A DNA stretch of 64,000 nucleotides from NCBI GenBank assembly GCA_903835075.1, contig CAILLM010000003.1, forward strand, positions 1,002 to 65,001, written 5' to 3'. A program made the translations under genes and the position numbers. This document shows positions 40,153 through 49,430 of the stretch, piece by piece; position 1 is the stretch's first letter; each line of letters starts with the position of its first letter. Source of the stretch: Candidatus Staskawiczbacteria bacterium. GTDB taxonomy: Bacteria > Patescibacteriota > Minisyncoccia > Minisyncoccales > Staskawiczbacteraceae. The notes beneath the pieces were generated by a model. The model did no database searches. It was not told where the DNA came from and worked only from the letters and a program-made list of their open reading frames with translations.

Positions 40153-41097
40153 TTAAATCGCTGCTTGGGCAGTAAAAGTTGTACTCCCAGAGCATGTTCC
40201 TTTTGTTCCATTTGGAATTGCAATTTGCCAATAACTTGTGTCGTTAACCGGAACAGTTGCCTGCGCAGGTGCTGGTAAATTAGCATTAACATCTGTTGAT
40301 GTATCAGACAAGGCTGTTCCTGTGCCATAAGTAAAACTAGATAATGCATATTGCTGGTTAGCTACAGGAATGCTCCCCCTGGTTGCACAAGTTAAATCAG
40401 TACCAGAAATTTTAAAATCAAGAGCAGTATTTCCCGTGTTGGTTACTGTGGCGGTATGATCACCCGAAGAATTTCCTCCTGGAGCAACCGAGCCATATGC
40501 TATATCGCCAACATTAAGTGATTGCAAATCATTAAGCGTGACCCCAGTAGAAGTATCTGGTGTGCCTGCTCCCACAATATCAGACGCTAACACTGCTGCC
40601 TTCCAAGTTCCTCCGTCTGTGTAATACTGAATAGAAAAATTATGACTAGCAGAATAACTTACATCGCTATCTCCTGTACAGCTTGAATCAGAAGCAGGGG
40701 AGCTGTCAGTCCAAAAATAACAAGTATCGTTGTTTGCATCACCAGAAGTTGCACAAGTTGTTCCATCTTTAAAAACTGCAATAGAAACAGAAGCCAAATC
40801 TTTACAACTGTTATAATCAGTTACTGTTCCAGTTGCTGTAATTGAAGTTGTGGTATTTTCAGTTAAATTTATTGTGTTACCCCCATTTAAAGAAGCTCCG
40901 GAAGATTCTGGCAATGAGTTAGAAACATCCACAGAAACGCTAGATAAGTCAGCCTTAGAAAACTTTTTTAAATTATGCAATTCTTGCGGATAAATAGTAA
41001 TTAACAAAACTAACAAGCAAACAGCCAAAATCCCCACCAATATCATAAGTGTTTTTACAGATTTTTTTTCAGTATTTAAATCATCTCTATCGTCCAT
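40153..41097 (-). CDS. Exported beta-rich protein paralogous to the C-terminus of the 1659-aa protein
   Basis: TVTNTGN, IPV.NQQY.LSSF.YG.GTALS, YWQ.A.P.GTKGTC.GST.F in both. Confidence 0.8.
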   Translation of the reverse strand: MDDRDDLNTEKKSVKTLMILVGILAVCLLVLLITIYPQELHNLKKFSKADLSSVSVDVSNSLPESSGASLNGGNTINLTENTTTSITATGTVTDYNSCKDLASVSIAVFKDGTTCATSGDANNDTCYFWTDSSPASDSSCTGDSDVSYSASHNFSIQYYTDGGTWKAAVLASDIVGAGTPDTSTGVTLNDLQSLNVGDIAYGSVAPGGNSSGDHTATVTNTGNTALDFKISGTDLTCATRGSIPVANQQYALSSFTYGTGTALSDTSTDVNANLPAPAQATVPVNDTSYWQIAIPNGTKGTCSGSTTFTAQAAI

Positions 41098-41146
41098 AAA
41101 TTAATTAATTTTAAACTATTAATTATTCTATTACAAGTTAATAAAT

Positions 41147-44100
41147 TTAATTAATAATAAATGAAGTAGACCCTGTGCATGTCCCTTTTGTTCCAGTAGG
41201 CACCGCAACCTGCCAATAAACATTTTGAGTAACAGTTGGAGTTGATTGTGTTGGCTTGTTTAAATTTGCCCCAACATCAGTTGCTGTAACAGACAAAGCT
41301 GTTCCCGCACCATAACTAAAACTACTCAAATTATATTGCTGATTACCAACTGGTATAGAGGATCTAACCGAACACCCCAAATTGTTACCAGCAACTTTGA
41401 ATCCTGTTGCAATGTTACCGGTGTTAGTAACTGTTACTGTATGGTTTCCAGTTGTATTATGATTTGGAGTAAGTGAACCATAACTTATGGTTGCCCCAAC
41501 ATCAATAGATTTTAATGTATCCATTTCAATCCCCGAAGAAGTTGTTCCTGTACCCCCGCCAATGTGATCTGATGGCGTAATTTTGCAAAGCCAATTTTCA
41601 GAAGAATAAGTCCCCGAATCTGTTGCATCGGCGTAATAATAAACCGGGAATGTGCAAGTATAAATTTGCGTGTTACCCGACCCTCCCGAGGCAACACACT
41701 GGCTGGTGAGGGTATAATGGTTTGCCCTATCATCACTTGCGCCAACACCAATTCCGCTTCTATATAACACTGCAGTAACTCCAGTTAAGTCGGCGTACCC
41801 GTTAGCGTCGTAGGCAGTTGCCGAGCATACAACATTTTTAGTTGTCCCCTCCATTAAAGTTATGTCAGTTGAAGACAAAGTTGTGGCATCATAAGTTAAA
41901 ACACTTCCCGATATATACGGCAAAGTATTAAATTGCCAACCCAAGTTATTACCACCATCGGTGCTGTTTTGTTGTTGAATTGGCTGCGCTGCTCCGTTTG
42001 ACGCATTATTATCATAAACAGTTGCATATTGAACATAGGCATGGCCGTGGTTATCAGAAACAACAGCAATGTCTAAGCGTGCTCTACCAGCTTTAGCACC
42101 GTCGGTTCCGGCTTGATCAGATTTTAACAAAATATTGTGCCCATTTGAACCTTCCAATTGAAACGTGCCGGAAATTGTTGTGGTTGTTGCTTGCGGAAAA
42201 ATAATTATTTGGCTTGGCGTAATGGCTGTAAAATTATAAAACGTTGTTGTGCCAGAAATTGTTGTGGTTGCACCAGAAAATACAACCGCACCAAGTTGTG
42301 GCGTAAAAGTTCCTGTATTTGCCCAATTTCCTGTGTTTGTAATTCCATAATTGCTTCCACTTTTAGCATCAAGCGTACCGGCTGTAATATTTACTCCGGC
42401 CACCGTAATATTTGTTGGCAACGTAAATGTTCCGCCATTGCCGTTTATTTTTAAAATTGCATTTGTGTAAGTCCAATTTTTAATATCTCTTGTACCAGAA
42501 GTAGCAGTATATTCCACCGTTGAACCAGCGCTTAGCGTTGGCGTTGAAACAGTTTCTCCGCCTTGCAGTTGAAGCTTTGCAGTTGAAACAAAAGTTGGCG
42601 AAGTTAAATTATTCCCAGCTAAATTAAGAACCCCAGTAGAACTTAAGGTTGTGCTTACTGCCGATTGATTTCCAGCCAAGGTTACTGTGTTTGAGTCAAT
42701 TACAACCGTATCATAAGAACCAGGATAACCCACCCCCTCTACATTTCCCGCTTTTCCCCAAGTAGCACCTAAGTTCCAATTTCCGTTTACAGCATCGTTG
42801 AAAGAAATTGGCGAAGTTGAACCACCATCAGTTATTGTCCAGCCATAAGTTCCTGTTAAAACTCCGCGTGCGGTTGCCGGAGCACCTGTATAATATTTTG
42901 CACCACCTCCGCTAAAGGTTATCCCTGATTTTACGACTTGCCCAGACCAGCCTACTAATATGTTGCTATAGTTGATAGAAGATAACCCAGAGCTTGTGAA
43001 CATACTAGCCATACCTCCGGCAGCAGTAACTCCAGTCACATTCCAAGTGGCAAGATTTTGATTAAATACAGTGGCGCCATTAAACATATTACTCATTGTT
43101 GTAACACTTCCCGTGTTCCAACCACTTATGTTTTGATTAAAAGCGGTACCCGTAAACATATAACTCATATCTGTTACATTCGCAGTGCTCCAACCGCTTA
43201 TATTTTGATTAAAAGCCCCGTCGTATCCAAACGCATAACGCATGTCCGTAACACTTGACATATTCCAACTTCCAATTGGTTGGTTAAATGGTGCGTTAAA
43301 AAACATCGTATTTATAGATTTAGCACTAATCGTATTCCAGTTCCCAATTGGCTGGTTGAATCCTGACGCTCTAAATGTACCAGCAAAACTCGTAACTTTT
43401 GAAACGTCCCAATTATTTATTGTATTGCTACCACCGTTATTAAAGGCGGTGGCGGTAAAAAACATAGACCCCATATTAATAAGACTAGTTGGAGTCCAAG
43501 CTCCAATGTTTTGGTTAAAAGCAGTGTCTGAATCAAACATGGACAGCATAGTTGTAACTTTGGAAACATTCCAACCTCCAATATTTTGGTTGAACACAGC
43601 ATCCGATTGAAACATATAACTCATATCCCCCACATTCCCTGTGCTCCAACTTCCGATGGGTTGGTTAAAAACAGTCGAAGTAAACATCCATTTCATATCA
43701 GTAACTTTTGATGTATCCCAATTATTTATCGTATTACTACCACCGTTATTAAAGGCACTGGCGTTGCGGAACATGCTATTCATGGTTGTTACAGCTTCTG
43801 TACTCCAACCACCAATGTTTTGGTTAAAGGCCGTACCAAAAAACATACTAGCCATACCCGTGACCTTTGCGGTGTTCCAACTTCCAATGGACTGATTAAA
43901 ATTAGTGTCATAAGCAAACATAGCGGTCATATCTGTAGCACTTATGGTGCTCCAATTTCCAATGGGTTGATTAAATGCAGTATCCTGATAAAACATATAG
44001 CCCATTGTCCCAACCTTTGAAACATCCCAGTTATTTATTGTATTGCTACCACCGTTATTAAAGGCATTAGCACCAAAAAACATATTTGCCGTGTCTGTAA

Positions 44101-46126
44101 CACTTCCAGTATTCCAACCTCCAATGTTCTCATTAAAAGCAGCGGCACTATAAAACATGCGGTTTAAACTTGTAACGCTTGCCATATTCCAACTGCCCAT
44201 AGAAGGAGCAGTTATAATTCCGCTGGCCCTGAAAGCGCTACCCATGTTTGTTATTCCTGTCGTGTCCAAAGCGTCTACTGCGGTAATTCTTAAATTAGTG
44301 GTTCCATAAAAATAACTACCAACATTTCCCAATCTCAATATTCCCCATTGCGAAATAGTTTTTATCTTTAAAACGTCTCCAGTATTATTGAATTGCCAAC
44401 CAGTAAGCGTGCCCGTGATGCTCAGCGTATAGGTTCCCGAAGTTGCGTAAGTATGAGTGACTGCCGCCTGGTTCCATGCGGTAATTGTGCTGGTACTGGT
44501 GTCTCCCCAATCTACTACAAAATTATAAGTGCCTCCATTATACAAAGGAAGTTTAATCTGGCTTGCAGTGCTAGAACCCGTTGAAGTTAAAGTTGTATCC
44601 CATGTTGAAATAAAAGGACTTGGGTCAACAATGTAATCAAAATCCACACTTGCATTAACAACTTTTAAGTCAAAAAGGTCTGTTGGTTTTTGCAAATTTT
44701 GAAGTAAAATTCTGTATTTCTTCGCCTCGCCGAAGCCCGAAGGCGAAGGCGGGTCCGACGTAATATTACTAAAATCGGGGTTCATTCCGTCATTGACTGG
44801 CACTAATTTGTTACCCTCAGTTTGATTTCCATCGGCGTCTGTATAAACGGGGTAGACATCTATTGAACCTTCCATACCTGAATCGGTTGGTCTGGCAAAA
44901 ACAGTTATATCATTTCCAGTACTTAGAATTTGGTCAAAAGTTACCCGCACATAATTATCTTGCGGGACAGTTGCATAAACACCATCTTGCGTGGCAACAG
45001 TGTCATAAATATCAGCTGTTATGTTTTTATCAGCATCTAACTGAAAAGCCTTTGAAATAAAAATAATATCAAAAACTTGCTCAGACAAATGGGGGACAGT
45101 CCATTCCAAATAATCTATCATTCCATTACCATCTAAATCTTTGGCAGTAAATGGAACTTCTTGCCCATTACTATTTTTCCATTTAATTTTTATTTTATTT
45201 TCATCTCCAACTTTGTAGATTTCGGGGATTGTTGTAAAAGCCAAAACATCTGTTAATGGAGTTGTTTCGTCTTTAGCTGAAATAGTAACTTGTTGGCCAG
45301 TGTCTGTGTTGGTTTTCTCAATCACGGGAGCTGGGGCAACATATTCCACGGCAATACAATTATCAGTTTCATCTCCTTGGCAAGGTTGTTTGTCAATTAG
45401 GGGTTGATCTTGAACATCAGGGCTGGGGCTCGCTGGGTCAGCAGACTCAGTGTCCGGTTGAATAACAGGATCAGCAGGTTGCGCGGGCAATTCAGCTGGC
45501 GTCTCGGCGAGCGTTGCTTCCGAGCCTGACGTTGCTTCCGGAGTTGGTGTTACCTCCGGCGTGGTCAAGACTTCTGCTGTGCCAGATACATCAACAAATT
45601 GCGAACTATTATCTGGCAAAATAGCTGAGACAGCTCCTTCCACGGCCTGTTGCTCATCAGCTAAAAATAAGTTCATGCCATAAGCCAAGCTACCCAAAAA
45701 ATTTTTCGCATAATCTTTTTTAGCTACTGGCTTAACTACTTTTAATACATTTAATTTTTGGTCTATGGTAATTTCTGCACCCTTATTTTTCTCTATATTT
45801 CTTATTTCTGCAGGTGTTATTTTCTTAATTTTTATGTCTGTAGCATTCTTAGGAATTTTCACTAAGTGTTTACCATTTTTTATTTCATTAGCATCAACCA
45901 AAGTAACCATTTTTATAGGCAACCCCGCAACTACTTGTGCAACAGGTATAGTTCGTGCGTTTTTAAATGTGAATGTTTCTTCTCGCGAATGACTCAACTC
46001 AAACCAAACACCCCAAGCCACAAACAGCAGCACTAGGGCAAATAAAAATCCCAAAATTATATTTTTATTTTTGGTAAAAAAATTCACTAAAAACTTGCAA
46101 AATTGGTTTACAACTTTATTTTGCAT
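41147..46126 (-). CDS. Large (1659 aa) surface protein with PKD-like domain and DUF285/BspA-type repeats
   Basis: VDWGD...HTY...GTY; many FNQ.IG.W....VT.M..MF repeats. Confidence 0.88.
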   Translation of the reverse strand: MQNKVVNQFCKFLVNFFTKNKNIILGFLFALVLLFVAWGVWFELSHSREETFTFKNARTIPVAQVVAGLPIKMVTLVDANEIKNGKHLVKIPKNATDIKIKKITPAEIRNIEKNKGAEITIDQKLNVLKVVKPVAKKDYAKNFLGSLAYGMNLFLADEQQAVEGAVSAILPDNSSQFVDVSGTAEVLTTPEVTPTPEATSGSEATLAETPAELPAQPADPVIQPDTESADPASPSPDVQDQPLIDKQPCQGDETDNCIAVEYVAPAPVIEKTNTDTGQQVTISAKDETTPLTDVLAFTTIPEIYKVGDENKIKIKWKNSNGQEVPFTAKDLDGNGMIDYLEWTVPHLSEQVFDIIFISKAFQLDADKNITADIYDTVATQDGVYATVPQDNYVRVTFDQILSTGNDITVFARPTDSGMEGSIDVYPVYTDADGNQTEGNKLVPVNDGMNPDFSNITSDPPSPSGFGEAKKYRILLQNLQKPTDLFDLKVVNASVDFDYIVDPSPFISTWDTTLTSTGSSTASQIKLPLYNGGTYNFVVDWGDTSTSTITAWNQAAVTHTYATSGTYTLSITGTLTGWQFNNTGDVLKIKTISQWGILRLGNVGSYFYGTTNLRITAVDALDTTGITNMGSAFRASGIITAPSMGSWNMASVTSLNRMFYSAAAFNENIGGWNTGSVTDTANMFFGANAFNNGGSNTINNWDVSKVGTMGYMFYQDTAFNQPIGNWSTISATDMTAMFAYDTNFNQSIGSWNTAKVTGMASMFFGTAFNQNIGGWSTEAVTTMNSMFRNASAFNNGGSNTINNWDTSKVTDMKWMFTSTVFNQPIGSWSTGNVGDMSYMFQSDAVFNQNIGGWNVSKVTTMLSMFDSDTAFNQNIGAWTPTSLINMGSMFFTATAFNNGGSNTINNWDVSKVTSFAGTFRASGFNQPIGNWNTISAKSINTMFFNAPFNQPIGSWNMSSVTDMRYAFGYDGAFNQNISGWSTANVTDMSYMFTGTAFNQNISGWNTGSVTTMSNMFNGATVFNQNLATWNVTGVTAAGGMASMFTSSGLSSINYSNILVGWSGQVVKSGITFSGGGAKYYTGAPATARGVLTGTYGWTITDGGSTSPISFNDAVNGNWNLGATWGKAGNVEGVGYPGSYDTVVIDSNTVTLAGNQSAVSTTLSSTGVLNLAGNNLTSPTFVSTAKLQLQGGETVSTPTLSAGSTVEYTATSGTRDIKNWTYTNAILKINGNGGTFTLPTNITVAGVNITAGTLDAKSGSNYGITNTGNWANTGTFTPQLGAVVFSGATTTISGTTTFYNFTAITPSQIIIFPQATTTTISGTFQLEGSNGHNILLKSDQAGTDGAKAGRARLDIAVVSDNHGHAYVQYATVYDNNASNGAAQPIQQQNSTDGGNNLGWQFNTLPYISGSVLTYDATTLSSTDITLMEGTTKNVVCSATAYDANGYADLTGVTAVLYRSGIGVGASDDRANHYTLTSQCVASGGSGNTQIYTCTFPVYYYADATDSGTYSSENWLCKITPSDHIGGGTGTTSSGIEMDTLKSIDVGATISYGSLTPNHNTTGNHTVTVTNTGNIATGFKVAGNNLGCSVRSSIPVGNQQYNLSSFSYGAGTALSVTATDVGANLNKPTQSTPTVTQNVYWQVAVPTGTKGTCTGSTSFIIN
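44720..44754. repeat. In-frame micro-palindrome (PPSPSGFGEA)
   Basis: cttcgcctcgccgaagcccgaaggcgaaggcgggt; 10 aa absent from the aligned paralogous domain of the 2263-aa protein. Confidence 0.88.
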
Positions 46127-46175
46127 TATATAACTTTATCATTTTCAAATTATTTTACAATATACTTTTATGCAC

Positions 46176-46199
46176 AAAAAAGCACCGCTTTCGCGATGC
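46176..46199 (-). terminator. Intrinsic terminator of the ncRNA
   Basis: gcatcgc-gaaa-gcggtgc-tttttt on minus strand. Confidence 0.75.
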
Positions 46200-46208
46200 C
46201 AATTTGTC

Positions 46209-46334
46209 GCCCTGAAATTCCTTAAAAAATTCTATTTAAATTAAGGTGGGTGCTCTCATGCCACAACCACGGTTGTAACAAATTTGAGCTCCCTAATAGA
46301 AAATTGTATAGAATTTATTGTGAAATATCAGAGC
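46209..46334 (-). ncRNA. Candidate compact 6S RNA
   Basis: Rod fold gctctga/tcagggc, aaattctat/atagaattt, central bubble, GGGAGC and GCACCCACCT motifs; own promoter and terminator. Confidence 0.55.
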
Positions 46335-46341
46335 TATCTTT

Positions 46342-46369
46342 ATTATAATCTGTTAAACTGTTGCGTCAA
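46342..46369 (-). promoter_or_regulatory. Sigma70-like promoter of the ncRNA
   Basis: TTGACG-16 bp-TATAAT. Confidence 0.7.
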
Positions 46370-46371
46370 GT

Positions 46372-47436
46372 CTATAGACCTAAAGCTTCAACCAGCTGTT
46401 TTATTAACGAAACTACTACAGGAGGTGGCATCAAACTGTTAGACAAAGTGCCTTCGTCATCTTTAATTTCCCATGGTTTTTCAAGTGTTTCCACTTTTCC
46501 ATCTTTAAATTCATAGCTGAATTCTGGTGTGACCTCGTAGTCGTCGGCAACATCTTTTGTTTTATCTGCAGGAATGGAATTTCTTAACATAACTCTTGGA
46601 ATTCCCTGCAATTTATAAGCTTCTTTAATTAACATTTCATCTTTTTCTAATCTTTCTTTAATTGGAGCAATTCCCTGTTCGTCGCCCTCTTTAGCAACCA
46701 TTCTAGCTCCTGGGCAACCAGAATTATCGCAAATTAAATGAAAAGTTTTATCGCTTTCTTCGTACTCAACTCTCTTAGTTGGCAAAAGTTTTAAACTTCT
46801 TGAATTGTTGCAAAGTGGACAAATAACTCTTGTTTTTACCCTTTCATCAATAATTGTTGTTGGCACATCAATTAAAACAAAAACATCTTTGTCTTCGCGG
46901 TATCCAATTAAGTCTCTAAAAAACAAAGCATAAGAAATTTGATCCAAGTCTCTTGGGAAACCGTCAATAAAAATTGTTTTCTTTCCAAGTTTTGCAATTT
47001 CTCTTTTCGCCAAAGCCAAAATTAATTCCGTTGGCAACAAGACTTTTGTTGACCTTGTTTCAAAGGCCTCCATTATTTTTTCCAAAGGTAAATATCCTCT
47101 GTAATTTTGTTTTAAAAATTCTACCAATTCACCCTTTTTAGCCTCATCTTTCATTGTTTCGTCAAAAGACCTTATCATGTCTCCAATAGAAAAATGGGCA
47201 ATTTTTTCTTTATCAATTATTTCTGCAAACATTTTTGCATAAGTTCCTTTTCCAGAAGACTTTTTCCCCATTAAATATGCAATAAAAGTGTTATTTTGCA
47301 TATATTCTCGCAATTTTACAATTTCAGGTCCTGCTTTATACTCAAAATACTCTCGGCGCTCTTTTGCGTCAGTTAAATCAAATTTTTTATATTCATCACT
47401 TTTTGTTTTAAAAAGCGGAAAATCTAAATCTTTCAT
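46372..47436 (-). CDS. Adenylate-kinase-like nucleoside monophosphate kinase (long form)
   Basis: GKKSSGKGT, SIGDMIR, IDGFPR, CPLC lid; ATG 47436 preferred (track start lies in a repeat). Confidence 0.8.
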   Translation of the reverse strand: MKDLDFPLFKTKSDEYKKFDLTDAKERREYFEYKAGPEIVKLREYMQNNTFIAYLMGKKSSGKGTYAKMFAEIIDKEKIAHFSIGDMIRSFDETMKDEAKKGELVEFLKQNYRGYLPLEKIMEAFETRSTKVLLPTELILALAKREIAKLGKKTIFIDGFPRDLDQISYALFFRDLIGYREDKDVFVLIDVPTTIIDERVKTRVICPLCNNSRSLKLLPTKRVEYEESDKTFHLICDNSGCPGARMVAKEGDEQGIAPIKERLEKDEMLIKEAYKLQGIPRVMLRNSIPADKTKDVADDYEVTPEFSYEFKDGKVETLEKPWEIKDDEGTLSNSLMPPPVVVSLIKQLVEALGL

Positions 47437-47450
47437 GTTTATGTTTTTAA

Positions 47451-47603
47451 AGCGAGGAAAATGGGTTTTGTGGCGCGTTTCAGGACACAAAGTGCCTGAC
47501 CGAGCGAGTTAGTTTTGCGTAGGGTCGCGAGGAATTAATACGAAGTATAATTCCCCGACCTAGCAAAAATCACGAGCGTCGCAACAAAATCATTTTCCGA
47601 GCG
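47451..47603 (+). repeat. Composite GA-hairpin element overlapping the 3' end of the ComEC-like gene
   Basis: agcgaggaaaatg...cattttccgagcg; contains tttcaggacac.aagtgcctgac shared with subfamily C. Confidence 0.85.
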
Positions 47604-48492
47604 TTATATTATTACCGTCAGAAATAAAGGTAACGTCACCATTTATGTCTGTTCTTAACACCTTTATACCAAAATTTTGCAATCTTTGCAAAGTTTCGGG
47701 CGTTGGGTGCCCATAAGAATTTTTCCCAACCTCAATAACCGCAAATTTTGGTGTTACACTTGCTAAAAATAAATCACTAGTTGAATATTTACTTCCATGA
47801 TGGGCCACTTTCAAAACATTGGCCAAAATATCTTGCCCTGAGCCGTGCCAAATGATTTCGCCAACAATCTCTTTTTCAGCTTTTGTATCTATATCTCCAG
47901 TAAATAAAAAAGAGTTTTTTCCATAAATTATTTTTGAGACCACGCATGAATCGTTAGAGCTACTTTTCATTTCTTTGCCTTCCATGCTTTGCAACGGATA
48001 AATTGTATCAATTAGAACATTGCCGGCTTTTATTTCCTGCCTGCCGGCAGGCAGGCCTGCCCCCGATTGTGCGACTATAATTTTGGCTCCCATATTTTTT
48101 TGATACGCCAAAATTTTCATCCATGCGTAATATTCTGGGGCTGATTTTTTAATGCCACTCCACAAAATATAATCTGCTTTATATCTTTGCAAAGCATATA
48201 AAATCCCTTGCATATGATCGGACTCAGGGTGAGTTAAAATTACTAAATCAATTGTTTTATCCCAAACTGGCATATTTTCAGATAATTTTCCCAAAACTGT
48301 GGCATTTGGCCCACCATCTATTAAAATTTGGTGGCCCTCTGGGGTTTCAATAAACTCTGCATCTCCTTGCCCAACACTTAAAAACACAACTTTCAAATAA
48401 TGTGAGCCATATAGAGAAAAAACTTCCTGCCATGCAACAAAATTCAAAACCAACAAAAATCCAACAATAAATAAAACCGCACTCTTTTTCAT
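47590..48492 (-). CDS. ComEC/Rec2-type metallo-beta-lactamase fold protein
   Basis: VGQGDA, LIDGG, THPESDH, FTGD, KVAHHGS, YGHP. Confidence 0.92.
   Translation of the reverse strand: MKKSAVLFIVGFLLVLNFVAWQEVFSLYGSHYLKVVFLSVGQGDAEFIETPEGHQILIDGGPNATVLGKLSENMPVWDKTIDLVILTHPESDHMQGILYALQRYKADYILWSGIKKSAPEYYAWMKILAYQKNMGAKIIVAQSGAGLPAGRQEIKAGNVLIDTIYPLQSMEGKEMKSSSNDSCVVSKIIYGKNSFLFTGDIDTKAEKEIVGEIIWHGSGQDILANVLKVAHHGSKYSTSDLFLASVTPKFAVIEVGKNSYGHPTPETLQRLQNFGIKVLRTDINGDVTFISDGNNITLGK
48036..48055. repeat. 20-bp palindrome in-frame (LPAGRQ)
   Basis: cctgcctgccggcaggcagg; identical to 58609-58628. Confidence 0.92.
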
Positions 48493-48567
48493 TTTAATTA
48501 AATATACCCTTTTGTAACTGTATAACCGTCTCAAAAACCCCTTATCAAAAATCCTTTATCAAAAATC

Positions 48568-48601
48568 CTTACAAATATCCAAACGTTTCCAAAAAAGTAA
48601 G
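48568..48601. repeat. 34-bp interrupted palindrome, downstream copy flanking PaaX-like gene 2
   Basis: CTTAC-aaatatcc-AAACGTTT-ccaaaaaa-GTAAG. Confidence 0.85.
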
Positions 48602-48604
48602 ATT

Positions 48605-49132
48605 TTAGACTTTCTCAATTAAAAATATTTTGACATACTTTTCTAAAGAATGTGCTTGAAGCAAAGTTTCTGTTTTTTCTGAAACATCATACGGAGTTAT
48701 CCAAACGCTCTGCTGGAATAATTTATATCCCAAATTATGCAAGATACTTCTAAGCAAATCTCTGTCATTTCTGCGGTTTCTGGGTATATCAAAAATCATC
48801 ATTATCCACTTTCCATCTTTTCTTTTCTCAGCTTCTCCTAGCTTAAAACTAGCCATTATCGCCTTTTCGATTCCATCTTTTGTTAAAATTATTGCTTTTT
48901 TATTTTCTAAATTTTTTACTTTTATGTAACCCTTTCTTTTAAGATAATAGATAAAATTTCCAAATTGCTTCTCACTTTTTTCTTTCCGATACTTTTTATA
49001 TATAGGATTTTTTGGGCCTGGCAAAAAATTGTTCATCGTTATTGGTTGAGCTGAATAACGAACAACCTCTCCCGCTAAATATATAAATTTATAAACATCC
49101 CAAAGAAATTTATCGGTAATTGGAATTTTCAT
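48605..49132 (-). CDS. PaaX-like protein (winged HTH plus Cas2-like central domain), second copy
   Basis: YLKRKGYI...LTKDG; DGKWIMMIFDIP..R..LR..L..LGY..FQQSVW. Confidence 0.85.
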   Translation of the reverse strand: MKIPITDKFLWDVYKFIYLAGEVVRYSAQPITMNNFLPGPKNPIYKKYRKEKSEKQFGNFIYYLKRKGYIKVKNLENKKAIILTKDGIEKAIMASFKLGEAEKRKDGKWIMMIFDIPRNRRNDRDLLRSILHNLGYKLFQQSVWITPYDVSEKTETLLQAHSLEKYVKIFLIEKV

Positions 49133-49167
49133 ATTATTTATTATCTACTCATTAATTATACTATTCT

Positions 49168-49201
49168 CTTACAAAATACCAAACGTTTGTTAAAAAGTAA
49201 G
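49168..49201. repeat. 34-bp interrupted palindrome, upstream copy (operator-like)
   Basis: CTTAC-aaaatacc-AAACGTTT-gttaaaaa-GTAAG; minus-strand TATAAT at 49155-49160. Confidence 0.85.
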
Positions 49202-49226
49202 AAAATAGAAAGGGAAATAAAATGTA

Positions 49227-49249
49227 AAAAACGCCCCGAAAGGCGTTTT
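49227..49249 (-). terminator. Terminator
   Basis: aaaacgcc-ccgaaa-ggcgtttt. Confidence 0.65.
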
Positions 49250-49255
49250 AACATG

Positions 49256-49420
49256 CTATTTTTTCATTCCTAATATTTTGAACATTCCTGTTCCGCAAGT
49301 TGGGCAAGTTCCTTTTAGGGCCGAACGTTTTTTTCCGCCCTTACCGTTCATTTCCACTTCTTTTTCATCTTTCATTTCTCTTTTTGCTTTACACTTTACA
49401 CAATAAGCTTCTGAAGCCAT
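49256..49420 (-). CDS. Small zinc-ribbon protein (DUF5679-like)
   Basis: AYCVKCK...KGTCPTCGT.MFKI; ATG 49420 preferred. Confidence 0.85.
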   Translation of the reverse strand: MASEAYCVKCKAKREMKDEKEVEMNGKGGKKRSALKGTCPTCGTGMFKILGMKK

Positions 49421-49430
49421 AATTTTTTGT

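Noticed and set aside
43000..44200. Diversity-generating retroelement TR/VR pair
   Set aside because: Repeats are in-frame protein repeats without adenine-specific differences; no reverse transcriptase in window.
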